A stretch of 64,000 bases of DNA from the NCBI GenBank assembly GCA_030704615.1, contig CM060732.1:76942001-77006000 (forward strand). Reading direction: 5' to 3'. Position 1 is the first letter of the stretch. Each line of letters begins with the position of its first letter. A program made the position numbers and the translations under genes. This DNA is from Takakia lepidozioides (taxonomy: Eukaryota > Plantae > Bryophyta). This document shows positions 34,013-47,029 of this stretch, one piece after another. The notes beneath the pieces were generated by a model. The model did not search any database. It saw only the letters and a program-made list of their open reading frames with translations, and was not told where the DNA came from.

Positions 34013-37000
34013 TTACTCACATGAAAAGTCATTGTCGACCTGCTTATCTTCGGGATCGTCATCATTTCGAATTTGAATCTGATCAGTCTGTGTGCCTAAA
34101 GTGGAGCCAGACAAAAGGGGGAGGAGCACTGTGTTGTAGAGGTCAGAATCACCCTCCATGCCAAAAAGGCTTCTTCCGCCTGCCTTGCATGCATGGTAAG
34201 TTGCTCCTGTACCACACAGGAAGACATGAACAGTTTGGTGGGGGGGATTTAAGCAGATGAAACTGTTGAAAGAAAACCAATTCGGAAGGGAAAGAACGAA
34301 CCTGTGGACACAGAAAGATCGACCACCCGTGCAGAGCGGTGGCTGCATGACTCCAGCAGTATTTGCATGAACGCTGGGGACTTTTCCTTTGCACCTCTCC
34401 AGAGAGTGCCATCTGGTCTCTTCAGAGTCTGACTGGACTGCATGAAGTTGTACAAAATGTCATCGACATGGGGCTCATAGGGGGGGTTGACGAAACAACC
34501 CTGGTCAGAAATCTCAAAGCTGCGGATGGAGGATGGTGTCTTTGAGGTGCGAATCCTCCGCAGGCAGATCGCCTCGAACATCCTTGTCTGCCAAAGATAG
34601 CAGGTTAGTGTGGTAAACACAATCTATAGTGGAAGTGTGTACATCGGCTATTCAGAACTCAGACACAAAAAAATCATTTTTATCACGAATCGGTGATGAT
34701 CGTTGTCGATCATAACAAATTCTACTAGAGTGGAGCTGCAGAGAACATTGAAACTCATCATGAAAGCACAAGCAGAAGGGAGACGGCATACCAGCTAACC
34801 AGGGAAACCCCCTTTCACAAGGTAGAGGCTGTTCACACAATTCCATGTGCGCAAAACTTCAAACCCTGAAGACTTGAGGTATGATGCCAATGCCCGACGA
34901 CTATCATTGTCACATGACTGAAAAAGCAGAAGTGTCCCTGCATCATAGAGGAAGTTATTACAGAACCCGAACACCCAACTCCAGTAGTTGTCCTCGAATT
35001 TGTTCCAGCCTGGCGTCTTGCCCTTTGGAAGAACTTCTGGCACAGCCTGGCCATCCGGTATGTCGAGAATGACAATGTCGGCCGCATAAGTTTTCTGCAC
35101 ACCGCACACGAAGGTGGGACCTGTGCTCACCTGCAACAGACATGTTTTTTATAAGAACGAAAGCAAGAATGTTTTCAAAGAACGAGACTGAAATACTGCC
35201 AACGAAACTTTCAGAGAAAAAGGAAAGAAACTGGAATTCTCACTAGATTGAGGAATGAGATTATATTGTCCCAGGTAGGCGATGGCACCCCAGTGTATCC
35301 TCTCTTTCGACTCTGCATCATCGACAGCCAACCCTCATTAACAATTTTCATCTCTCCTGCCGAATCAGAACGGGAAGGGTGTGGCTTGGCATCGAACATG
35401 CACTGAACAGTGCGGGTATATCTTCCAGCAGTAAAGTCCTACCCACTCTCCATCTCCTTTTCTTTCTCCTTCCCCTTGTCCTTTTCCTTCTCTTTGGACT
35501 TGTCTTTGTCTTTTGGCTTTGCTGGTGAGATGGCTATGACATCAATAGCCTTGTCTTTTGGTTTGCGGCCCGCCTTCTTTCTCTTCTGCGGCGTTCCCTG
35601 AGCATCAGGCTCCTTGGCAGCCAATGTTGCTATGTTTCGTTGGTACTCTTCGTCAGTCAAAGGCGCCAGCATCTCAGCGTTATTGTTCAAGTATTTCATA
35701 TGTTGTTCTTGAAAGGTCGTGTGCTCCGGTGGGCAGTCCAGGTACCACCCACAGTCTCTGAAGTGAGAAGGACTCCAGTCCTTCAATATCCCTGCAGTAT
35801 ACATGGTTGGATCGTTTGCAGGGTTCGACCACATGTCAAGATAGTCTGGAATTCCGCTTAGGTGATTTCCTTCCATAAGCACATATTTCGTGTACCTGAA
35901 AAAAGGAGATAAATCCCAACCCACAAAAGCGCTCAGTGAGTAAGATGCAAGTAGAACAGAATGAAAAAAACATAGATTGAAATGGCTTTGAGAACTGCTC
36001 CAAGGACCTTTCAGGACCACACGAATGCTCCAGATGTGAATGTCGTCAACACCATTCAAAACATTCCATTCAATGATACTGTAAATACACCCTAATCCAG
36101 GTGAATGCAAACTATCGTTTTGGAATGACACAGACATAGAAGTGAATGTCGTCAACGACATTCACTAATCAAGCCTAATTATTCCTCAAATGAAGCAAAA
36201 TCACAGGATGGAAATCATAAACTCGAGTAAGGAACCCTCCAGGAAAACTCAATGCACATTCATAACGAACATATAACTGAGGACCTCACAACAACACTGT
36301 ATGTGAATGGCGTCAACGCCATTCACAAAAATACCAACAAGGAACCAATTACTTAGCTCCCAATCCATTTAAATTCAAATTGTCGCTGTTGAATAATACA
36401 GACACAGAAGTGAATGTCGTCAATGACATACACTTTGGATTCTCATAACAGAGCTTATCAAGCCTCCAGATTCCTCGCAAGAGGCAAAAACAATGCAAAA
36501 CAACTGAATGTCTGCATTGACATTCAACAATATGAAGTGAGGAACCCTCACTGTAACTTCTATGGACATTACAAAAATTTACATAACTCTGAGGACCTCT
36601 CAACAACTCCGGATGTGAATGTCGTCAACGCCATTCAAGGACATTATCAATTCTAATCAGGATCTGGATCTCTGATTGCAATCCTTATGAAGCCACTTTT
36701 TTTCCCAAAAAAAGCAGTAGAGTTTCAAGTATGACATTGCACCTGTACACAACTCGCATCATGGCCCACTCTCCTCCAACCTGACTGTCAAAGTCGTTGG
36801 ACCGTAAAATGTTACCATCTTTGGAGAACTCCCGGAAAAAACAGTATCTCCAGGTGAGACCTCTCCACTTCCTTATGTATGCCTCCAATGACATTTGGGG
36901 AGGGGAAACAATCGAAATGTTCAGGTCCTTCAAAGTCTGATCCAGCACAATAACGGCGCGCTTTTCGAGCTGCAAATAGTATACTTGTCAGAATTGCAAA

Positions 37001-39524
37001 TAAGATACTCATCACATACTTGAAGAGAAGAAAACGACATGTTTGAATACACACCTGACTCCAAAATGTAGCCTTGTGGAGCCAGTTATCAAACACCAAA
37101 TCACTGATTCCTTCCACCTTTGTGCCAGGCTGTATGGTGCTCTTTGGGAACTGATTCAAGTCCTTTACTGTTTGATCTGAGTTCCATATCTCCAGCCACC
37201 TTATTTTTGTTTGTGGGTCGACCATCGATATGGCCAGCCGGTGCAATTTCTCTTGCTGCATCTCCGGATGCACATGCTTGTCATAGTGTGTTTTGATCTG
37301 CTGAAGGAACTCAGGACCAAGTCCAGGATCTACTATTCTAAGCTGCTTTCTGAAGGCGGACATCAATTTGGTTCTTCGCATTTCAAACTCCTTCTTTATT
37401 GTAGCTTCCACACCCTTTGATGTCCTTAGTTCCTCTGGTGTAGTGCGGTAATATTCGGATTTTCCCTTCTCAGCTGCCTCTGCCAGTTCTTGATGCATTG
37501 ATTCAAGTAGTGATTAGCTCCGAAGGGACTACAAACATGTATTCAAAAGTAAACAGAGTACAGACTCGGGCTTACCGCATACATGTACTCCAGAAACGCC
37601 TCTCGTGTCAAAGAATACCAAGTGCCTGCAGCTCTTCATGTTTTGCACTTCTTGATGATATTGGGTGGTAGTACTGTCCGAAAATCATCCAGCTTCATCA
37701 GACCAATCCTCTGAATTCGGAATAGTGTGTGAACCAAGCTTGTTGCCACATGCGATTTCTCTGTCGATCTGCAAAAACATTGGAAACATTGCATTCCTTA
37801 ACACTGTTTTTTAAGGATTAATAAGACACTACAGAGGGAATGAAATCTCTTGGATGACTTACTTGTTCACATCGTGCATAGCTGTAAGAAGCCTAGCGAT
37901 GTCGTTTCCAGGATCCAAAACCATTGCCTCCACAGCAACATGCTTGTCTTTGTCTTTCGCATGGTGTTTCTGAATGTATCCCATCCATGCCAGCAATCGG
38001 TGGTTGCCGTCCCAGACGTAGAACATGTGGTTGCAGAATTGCTGGGTGTTCTTTCCCATCATGAGGCCCAGCTCGAACTCCTCATTGGCATCTTTCCAGC
38101 ACTCATCCCAGTTATCACTGATCTCTGGAGACACTAATGTGCTTTTCCCATTTATATCCTTCAGTGACACATAAAAAACTTGTGCACCAAGTCTATATCC
38201 ATGCACAAAATCACTCTCCAATTTTGTTATGTCATGGGAAAGAGGTGGACGCACAACAGGCATTGATATCATCCGGCACAGAGGGATGTCTAGACGCCCT
38301 CCAGATACGAGCATGTCCCTTATAACCTCCTGAGAGTTTACCTTCTGGAATGACATGAGTTCTTTCACCTTGTCAAGGTAGTGCACTTCAGATTCATCTG
38401 CTTCATCTGTATTCTCTGAGCTTTTTGCGGACTCCTCCCCATCTCCAGATCCTTTCCCCTCTGATCCTGTAGGCTTCGACCTCACAGTTTTCTGCACGAT
38501 GCCATTCAGTTCTGACTGAGTACTTTGCAAATAGTGAATGGCGGTAACGACCATCACTCTGTCTCAAAGAAACTCACTATGAATGGTGTGAAACAATTCA
38601 GCACAATCTACACAAGCAAAGTTGATATTGCCGTATTCAAAACAAAAGCGAGAGCGATAGCGAATGGCGTTAACGACAATCACAAAAGATAACGACCTGC
38701 CGGATCGGTGTTGTATAATGACATCTATGTGCAAGTGATTGGCGGCAACGACATTCAGTATAGTTTAGGGCGGACAGTAAGTGCAGATTATTCATATTGA
38801 CTCCACTGTGATTACCGTCGCAAGCATGGGAAGAGGAAGGACTGCTTGAAAGGCAATCAAACAGACTGTATGGTCTGAACAACGATGATTGACGGTATGC
38901 CGACCCTCACTCTCTCTTCAAACACATAGGTACATAAATCTCATGAGGAGAATCAAATGGCGTTAACGACGCTCGCAATTCAGTAGTTCCTGCTAAAGAA
39001 GGGAAGAGGAAGGACTCCTTGAAAGGCAATCAGACAAACTGTATGATCTGAACAACAGTGAATGACTGTACCGATAGTCACCCACTCATTGTGCGGTAAA
39101 CCCTTAGCAGAGGAGTAGAAAGCAAATCACCTTTGTGATGGTCGGTAGCGACAATCCCTGTCTGGGACATTCCACTCAATCTCTACGCATATCTTCAACA
39201 ATGAAATGTAAGTTAGATAAAACTTACTGGCGCCTTCTTAGGTTTTGAAATTGGATCCCTTTCTGCAGCTTTCCTCTTCCCTCTCACATCTGCTGGAATT
39301 TCTGTCTGCTCTAGGGTTTCTGGACCTTCTCCCGGTTTGGCGTTCCGCGTGCTTCCACCTCCTTCAGTGTCTCTGCGAATCATCTCTGCCTCCACAGGCT
39401 GGCGCACTCTTATCGCCGACTGTGTCACAGCCGCTGCCTCAGTCTCCGTCTGCTCTTCTGAATCAGTCTCCGCGTTCACCTGCTGCCTTGGCCCTGTGTT
39501 CTCCAACAAACGACGCCTCATCAT
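34013..39524 (-). pseudogene. Multi-exon ParB/Sulfiredoxin-like + N6A/N4C DNA methyltransferase-like fusion gene (~1080 codons, few lesions)
   Basis: Proposed exons: 39524-39228, 38491-37863, 37768-37576, ~37489-37055, 36969-36743, 35895-35244, 35130-~34800, 34587-34302, 34206-34013; mostly GT-AG and phase-compatible. ParB-like VVRP...FYVWDGNHRLLAW; MTase-like DIVILDIPDG ... EKSPAFMQILLESCS...VVDLSVSTG|ATYHACKAGGRSLFGMEGD. Lesions: stop at 37636-37638, stop/frameshift near 35440, probable 1-bp slip near 34810. Confidence 0.75.
35960..36660. repeat. Intronic degenerate tandem repeat carrying five 22-26 bp palindromes
   Basis: GTGAATG(G/T)CGT-CA-ACG(C/A)CATTCAC at 36037, 36141, 36302, 36409 and 36616. 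Confidence 0.85.
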
Positions 39525-40379
39525 TTGCTCTCTTGCTCTGCGTCTCTCTCTAAGGGAAGTAAAATAAAGAGACTTTCTTCTCTTTCGTATTGTAGAAGGA
39601 ACCCTCTCCAGCTGACTACCACTCTCTCTCTAAGCGCGAAAAGTAGAAAAACGCAGTGACTCCCGATTTCTTGCGGGATTGCCTGCGTTCTTGCGTGTCT
39701 CTAGAAGCATCGGATTCCCTCTCGCGTGACCGTTACACATAGTCGTTCCCTTATTAGTGCACATGCCAGCAATTGGTGTACAACTGTTCGTATTCAGTTA
39801 TGGATGTCTGACGTGTGTCGCCCAAAATAAACGGCGTGTTCTTTATTAGAACGGTTTCAATATTTAAAAATAACAGCAAATCCCATAAATCATGGCGCAC
39901 AGTCTTACACAAATAAATGTAAATGAACGAGAGTTTGATGACAAATCTTGGAATATCATACACGGTCATCCTTGTTAGCCAAACCCCACATTCGTTTCAC
40001 ATTTGGAACTTTCCAGGTGCGCATGATCATTGGTAGTAGTATAAAGATACATTTACTTAATCTGCAATCCCATCCTCAGATCCTGTGGCATGCTTCCAGG
40101 AAGTCGGCTTTGTTATTGGGTTTATTGATGAGGTTCTGGTTAACGGTTTAACAGCTGCCGACACTGCTCCTAGGGATACTCTGACCACTGGGCCCACAAG
40201 AAAAGTAATTAAAATGGACGGCTGCATATCTGGAAGGAATAACATAACATGCACAGTCATTGTTTGAGCTTCCTCCGCCATATTCTCTGCTCATTCTTCA
40301 ACTGTGTTCTGGAGACATCAGTAAACCGATTTACACTAGATGTGCGATAGCAAGGTACAAACGTACGCGAGGAAGGAAG

Positions 40380-41763
40380 ATGGCTTCCTCTGAAGCGGTG
40401 TTCTTCTCTGACGACAAACCAGTGCCGTTCTCCCAGGAAGTCCTTGACAATGGATTTGCAATTGTTCTGGAATATGTCTTGGCTACCCGTTTTCAGCTGC
40501 AGAATGGCTCCATCTTTTTGGAGAAAGAGGTGTACGATCTTAAAGGGAAGTTGTTGAAATACTCTTTCCAAAACCGTGATGAGACGGCTCATATCAGCCA
40601 GTGGAGAGTGCGTCCTGGTCGATACAGAGTACTTGGAGAGCCTCGGCGAAAGTCCCTTGGGTCATATGTGACGCCCGGGACTGCTGCTTCGGTCGTTGAA
40701 GACAAGAGGGAGGTGGTGGTGAAAAAAGAACAGACGTCCTCCACTCCAATCGTTGAGCTTTCGGATTCTTCCGATGATGACATAAGTGAAATTCCAAATC
40801 CAGTCCTTCCTACTGTGGTTGGAGAAGCTGATGAAGAAGAGATTTGTAGTGTCATTCCAAAATTGCGGGCGATGGGAGGAATGGCTGGTCAAAAGTGAGT
40901 TGCGGGGAATTGATTGGGAATCTTTGAAGCAGGTGCCTGTGAAGTTCTTGCCGGAGACTTTTGATGGCGATATCCTATTCGAGCTGCCTCCTCCTCTGCG
41001 AGTTGGAGGTGTAACAATCATGATGCATGGAATGGACAAGAAACACGACGGGCACCCGTGGTGCAGAACAAAAACATCCAATATTCAGAATGATGACAAG
41101 CTTGTTTTCAGGAGGACAATTTGCAATGGACACCTTAGGTGTGATAATTTGAATTGCAGACACTTTCTTCAGTCTGGGGTTCATAATCAAAGCGAATGGG
41201 AGGGTTTGGCGGAAAATCCATTTCAGCCTGGGACTGCCCCTCCACCGGCAAACACTTTCGTCTGCAAATTCTGCAAACTTGTGCCATCCTGCTTGGCGCT
41301 CTGCGGAGCAAGAATGTACTATGTTGTCCACCGTTTGAAAACAATGACAAGAGCTTGTGTGCATTTCGGATTCCATAACCATCCTGTCTCGAAGGGGGAT
41401 TACAGGGAGAGTGTTGAGACAGTATCGAGGTTGATTAAACAGGAGTTCGAGAGAAACCCATCCGCAACAACATCTGCATTGCTCTTGGCGCAAGCAAGTC
41501 CTTCTTGGAAAGCCATATTTTGAGTGAAGAAGATTCTGTGGGGACTAAACTTGACGGTGCAGCATTGGACCTGGTCATGGATCATTTCTCCACTTTAAGT
41601 TCACCGAACATTCGCCATCAGATCAATGCATTGAGAATGGGCTCTGGGATCAGAGGCTACATAGACAATATTTTGGAATTGAAACGAGTGAGCAAGTACG
41701 ATTACATCCAGGACAATGTATTCCCAGGTCAAGGTGCCATCAAAGTTTTTCTTTTCAAAATGT
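40380..41763 (+). pseudogene. Truncated transposase paralog A (GCM/WRKY-like DBD; ends before the DDE core)
   Basis: ORFs 40260-40898, 40786-41523 and 41505-41816 joined by two frameshifts. MDKKHDGHPWC...CNGHLRCDNLNC...CKFC...C...C...HFGFHNHP and YDYIQDNVFPGQG...FLFKMS are colinear with, but diverged from, transposase B. Confidence 0.8.
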
Positions 41764-41959
41764 CGTATGGATATTCGGCGCCGAATTTCCATTCGCCAGG
41801 TATTTCGAAGCGCTGAATTACCTTCCTGCAGGTAATTCTGAGCGTGTCCGATTGATTTTTCGGAGAAAAACAAACCTAACTGTTTGTTTTGTGGCTGAAG
41901 TGCACTTGTAGACACGTTTTTCTTGGAATCCTTGACTGCTAGAGGCAAATCGGAACAGC

Positions 41960-43040
41960 CTCGGACGGAAATTCGGCGCCGTTTTTCCATTCTGGGAGGT
42001 TTTTACGACTTCCTTTGAGGGGGCCCCGATGGAAATTCGGCGCCAAATTTCCATCCGGGGGATGGTCTCTGTCGGAGAGGTGCCGGCCTCTCCGCCGCTC
42101 TGTTGGATATTCGGTGCCGAATTTCCGTCCGGGGGTTGAAATATGACGGCCAGGTGCCGGCCTCTCCCCCCTCCCCGACTGCATTGGAACGGCCTCGGAT
42201 GGAAATTCGGCGCCGTTTTTCCATCTGGGGAGGTTTTTATGTCGGCCAGTTTTCGGCCTGACCCCCGACATGACTTCCTTTGGGGGGGCCCGGATGGAAA
42301 TTCGGCGCCGAATCTCCATCCAAGGGATGCTCTCTGTCGAACACGTGCCGGTCTCTATGCCCGAGGCGACTTCATCCGGGCGTCCCCTGTTGGATATTCG
42401 GTGCCGAATTTCCGTCCGGGGGTTGAAATGTGACGGCCAGGTGCCGGCCTCTCCCCCCTCCCCGACTGTATCCGAACCGCCCCGGATGGAAATTCGGCGC
42501 CGTTTTTCCATCTGGGGATGTTTTTATGCCGGCCAATTTTCAGCCTGACCCCCCGACACGACTTCCTTTGGGGGGGCCCGGATGGAAATTCGGCGCCGAA
42601 TGTCCATCCAGGGGATATTCTCTGTCGCACACGCGCCGCCCTCTGCGCCCGAGGCGACTTCATCCGGGCTTCCCCTGTTGTATATTCGGTGCCGAATTTC
42701 CGTCCGGGGGTTGTAATGTGAGGGCCAGATGGCGGCCTTTCCCCCGAGCCGACTGCATCCGAAAGGCCTCGGATGGAAATTCGGCGCCGTTTTTCCATCC
42801 GCGGAGGTTTTTAGGTCGGCCAGTTTTTGGCCTGACCCCCCGACAGGACTTCCTTTGGGTGGATCCGAATGGAAATTCGGCACTGAATTTCCATCCGGGG
42901 GATGTTTTCTGTCGGACAGGTGCCGGCATCTCTGCCCAGACGACTTCATCCGTGCGGCCCCTGTTGGATATTGGGTGCCGAATTTCCATTCGGGGGTAGT
43001 AATGTGACGGCACGGTGCAGGCTTCTCCCCTTCAGCCGAC
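41960..43040. repeat. ~288-bp palindrome-rich repeat array upstream of transposase B
   Basis: Direct repeat of 4727-5800. Confidence 0.85.
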
Positions 43041-43278
43041 ATCATCCGGACGGCCCCCCACTTTCTAACTACATACCGTTGGCAGTTATTGCGCAAAGAC
43101 CAGGGGCCGCATTCCGGAGACAAGGTTCATTAACACTCTGACTGTGGATTTTTGAGATAGTTGGCTCCCTGGATTTGGATCAGGCTTCATCGCTCGGACA
43201 AATTGGCACCGCATTCCTTCCCATCGCTGCATCCCCCTTCTACCAGGGAGCTTCCCCGCACGCCATCCTGGCAGTCTT

Positions 43279-46200
43279 GTGTGCACATCTCCCATGGCGG
43301 AAAACCCGAGCGCTACAATGTACTGCCCTCCTCACAAGCATAGAGCTTCATTTCCGTGCAGAGGGGACATCTGCCGGGTGATGGAGAAATATCTGTGCGT
43401 TCGATACCACCTGAAACCGGGGTCGGTTTTTTTGGAGGAGGAAAGGAATGACTCAAATGGCCTTGTTGTCGAGAGTATTGTTGTGCTCCACGATGATTTC
43501 GGCGATGGCAGGGAATGGCGAGTTCCACCATCGGACAACATCATATACAGGGCTGTTGGGGACTTCATTTGCCAGCCAAATGCACCTTCTATCCTGGCGC
43601 CTTCCACGAAACAATCCGTGAATCAGAGAGTGGCTACCTCAAAGAGAGAAGTCCGCAACGAAGTAAATCCAGAGCCGAACCCATCCATGAAGACGAGCGA
43701 GAACCGGGTTGTTTACAACCTGTCCGACTCAGACGAGGTCATGGAAGTTCCGAGGTCATCCTGGAGATCAGGCAAGTCCTCAATGGACGTCAGTGGAGGA
43801 GGGAGTCATATTCCCAGCACGAGCACCGCAGTTCGATCTATTCTTGAAATTTTGCGAGGGCTTCATCTGGAGGGACACCAGTCGGAGCTGGCCGGGCTGG
43901 ACTACAACAAGTTCGCAATTAAATCGGTTACATGCCTTCCCGCGGACGTCGACGGTAATATCTTCTTTGAGTTCCCTCCTCGGGCGGACTACTCGAGGGC
44001 GTCCGGAATGTTGACAGATATGGATAGAAAACATGACGGTCATCCTTGGTGCGTTACCAAAACCACCAGCATGAAGATGCTCGATGGTGTGCGGGTGCGC
44101 TACGTTGTTTGTGCGGGCGCGTTGCGGTGTTTCTCCCCAACTTGCTTCCATTTTAAATCCAGAGGTCACAGGAACGAGACCGATTGGACAGGCACAGCTC
44201 ATCAACCATTTCGAGCTCAGGAGAAGGTTCCGAACTCCACATTTAAGTGTGCGCATTGCAAAGAACCACCACACTGCATGTCTGTTTGTAATGCCAAGCA
44301 GTTCTATGTGTTGCACCGTTTCCCTGACCTCACCCGAGCTTGCATACACGTTGGTTCCCATTGTCACAAATTGGCGAGGGGGAACTCGCGGGAGGCTGCC
44401 CACGAAGCAAAGCAGCTCGTTCAGGAGGAGGTTAAGTTGAGACCGGGTGCCAAACCCAAACAGATACAGCTCCAAGCCACCCATAAGATGGCATTGGCCA
44501 GAATTATGCCAGAAGACGGCTCCGATAGAGTTCCTCTCGATGAGAAGGAAATGGAGGCATTGCTGGAGTCGGTGTCCCACGTATGTTCACCAAATGTCCG
44601 AAACCACATTGTCTCATGCAAACAGAAAATTGGACGTGGCTCGGATATGCACTCCATTATGGAGGTGAAGCGACGATGTGGATATGACTACATTCATGGA
44701 AGTAGGTTTCCAGGACAAGGGACTGAGGCAGATCGTTGTTTCGTATTCAAAATGTCCACGTGTGGACCTGGCAGCGGCGTCGAACTGGTCGACAGGATGA
44801 CGAGTGGGGACTAGTCAAACAGTTGGGTCATGTTCGACCATATCAAGCGAATTACAAATCACCAGTGGGTGACAATGGGTGCACATGTCTACGACACCTA
44901 CTGCAGGATGCTAATGACAATTGCTATTTGTGAGATGAAAGGAGAGGACACACAATCGGAGATTCTTCTTTGGCAGGGAATAAACGAACAGATGGCCAAG
45001 GCGGGATTGCCCCCTCCCAATTTCCGTGGTTTCATGGCGGACAACGCACAAGCAAATTGGGCTGCCATCCGAAGGGTGTACGGGCAAGACCCCAATGTTC
45101 CCATGGAAGGCAAGGAGAGATCTTGTGGGTTCCATTTTCTGCAGAGCCTTTCGCAGTACACAACCAGGCTCGTGGCGCCAGATTTCAGAGAGGAGCACCG
45201 TTCCATGTGCATTGTGTGGAAGCGCGCTCCCACCTTGGATGATGCAGAGACACAGTTTGCATGTATATGGGCTTGGTGGACATTGTCAGGTGCTGTAAGG
45301 AAATCAAACGAGGGAGCAATGGTCAGTTGGCTAGCATGGTGGCATTATCGTTTCCTCCAGTTCGGCGACTATATGCGGGAGGTGAGTTGCACGAATTCGC
45401 GTCCCGTTGAATTCTTGGTCATATTTGTAACTTGCTTGTAACCTCAACATGTGCTTGTGCAGGAAATGTGTCTCGACTCCGACACCGACATACCCACGAC
45501 AAACATGGCCGAATCAGTGCACTCTTCCTGGCGTGCCTCCTCTGCGGCGCATCTGGTGGACATCCTCACTGCCACAACGGAGGACATTGTGAGGTCAATT
45601 ATGTAGCAATGCAAGTACAACGAGTTCTTGAAAGGGAAACAGTGGGGCTTGGGGCCGGACAGGCAGGAAATGCTGATGCGGACTGCCTCTAGATCGAAGA
45701 ATCCTCGGAAGTGGGCGGCGGCCTTGCGAGAGGGCCTTCGGGACACGCCATTGCTGCGAAGAGGCCAACATTTGGAATGAGATGTTCATACCCGTCCAGT
45801 GAGACGAAGACTTGACGAGGCACCTGGCGAAGAAGAGGATTCATGGCGAGCTGACAAGAATATTCGCACGCTCCCTCGTGGTCCGGTGATGTTGCCCGAG
45901 GAGGTCTTGTCGAGCACCGCAAGTCCTGCGCGTTCAAGATCGCCATCTCCTTTGAGCACAGGGCGGGTGCCCCGGCAACATAACGAGCCATCTGTAGTAA
46001 AGCAGTACAACATTCCCATTGTGGAGACAAGAGTGTCGGAGTCACAATGGAGAATTGCGAGGACATTGCCGGCATTTCGAGGGAAGTGTTGCGCCATCCG
46101 GGTGGATACGAGAGCACGCTGTGGTGAGATGATTCGGAGGAACCCACATGGTGCTGTACCTGCACCTTGTTTCAGCGGCAGATTTTTGACTCCCACATTT

Positions 46201-46876
46201 GCTCACGCCACAACGCAGACATTTTGGTTCTGTAGGCACGACATAATGACCTGTGTATTTGGCAAGCCCAAGTATGGGATTCAGGGAATGCCGGAGCCTC
46301 CGGGCGTCTGGCCTGTTGCACCGGGTTGCAGCCTCTCTCAGAATGAGGCGGATGCTCTATCTGCAGCAGGATTTCGAATGGTGCAACGCACAGACATCCC
46401 ACGCATTTCCGGTTCCTCAGACCTAGCCATTGCAGACTGCTCGGTCCAGTAGAGACGGATTGGATAATTCTGCACATCCCACAATGCGATTCGGAAGATT
46501 GAAGAGACGACACCCTCCCAACAAGTTGAATGAGACTCGGATTGCCAATGCTCTTGGGATGGCTTGCACTATTCAGAGCTCCGTGGACGTACCCCCACCC
46601 GGCCTTGGGCGTGTGTATCGGATGGCAACGGCCGGCTCGGCTGTACGCGACGATGTATACACAATTACGATTGGAGTGGAGCCGACTTGCAATTGTACGG
46701 ACTTCTCGTTGATGGAAACAAAGAAGGGTTCGAAGTATTATCCGTGCAAGCATCTGTATTACATTTACTTGAAGAGGTTGAGGATGAACGTGACTATTGA
46801 TGACTTTATTCATGCACCGGCGTTGAGCATGAACGAGCTGTACAAACTCCTCCTTAGGGATTCCAGAAATCATTGA
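43279..46876 (+). pseudogene. Mutator-like transposase B (GCM-like DBD, DDE core, C-terminal SWIM finger)
   Basis: D1 in MFDHIKR (44836), D2 in FMADNAQAN (45040), CxxH in RSCGFH. After a GT-AG intron (45382-45462), E is in PTTNMAESVH (45511). SWIM: YTITIGVEPTCNCTDF...PCKHLYYI. In-frame stops at 44812, 45604 and 45778 and a frameshift near 46440. Confidence 0.88.
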
Positions 46877-47029
46877 TGGGGCAAAGGGAGTCCTCCATAT
46901 GGATATTTTCAATTGCATTTTGCTGTATCAGATTTTTTTTTGCAGTGTAATGAAATGCACCCCAAAACTCCTGGAATGAGGCAATATTCCATTCAAACTG
47001 AGATCCAACAAAAGCAGTTGTGGGGCCAT

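Noticed and set aside
37859-38557. Bacterial contamination as the source of the ParB/MTase sequence
   Set aside because: The gene has multiple GT-AG introns and is nested within plant retroelement sequence.
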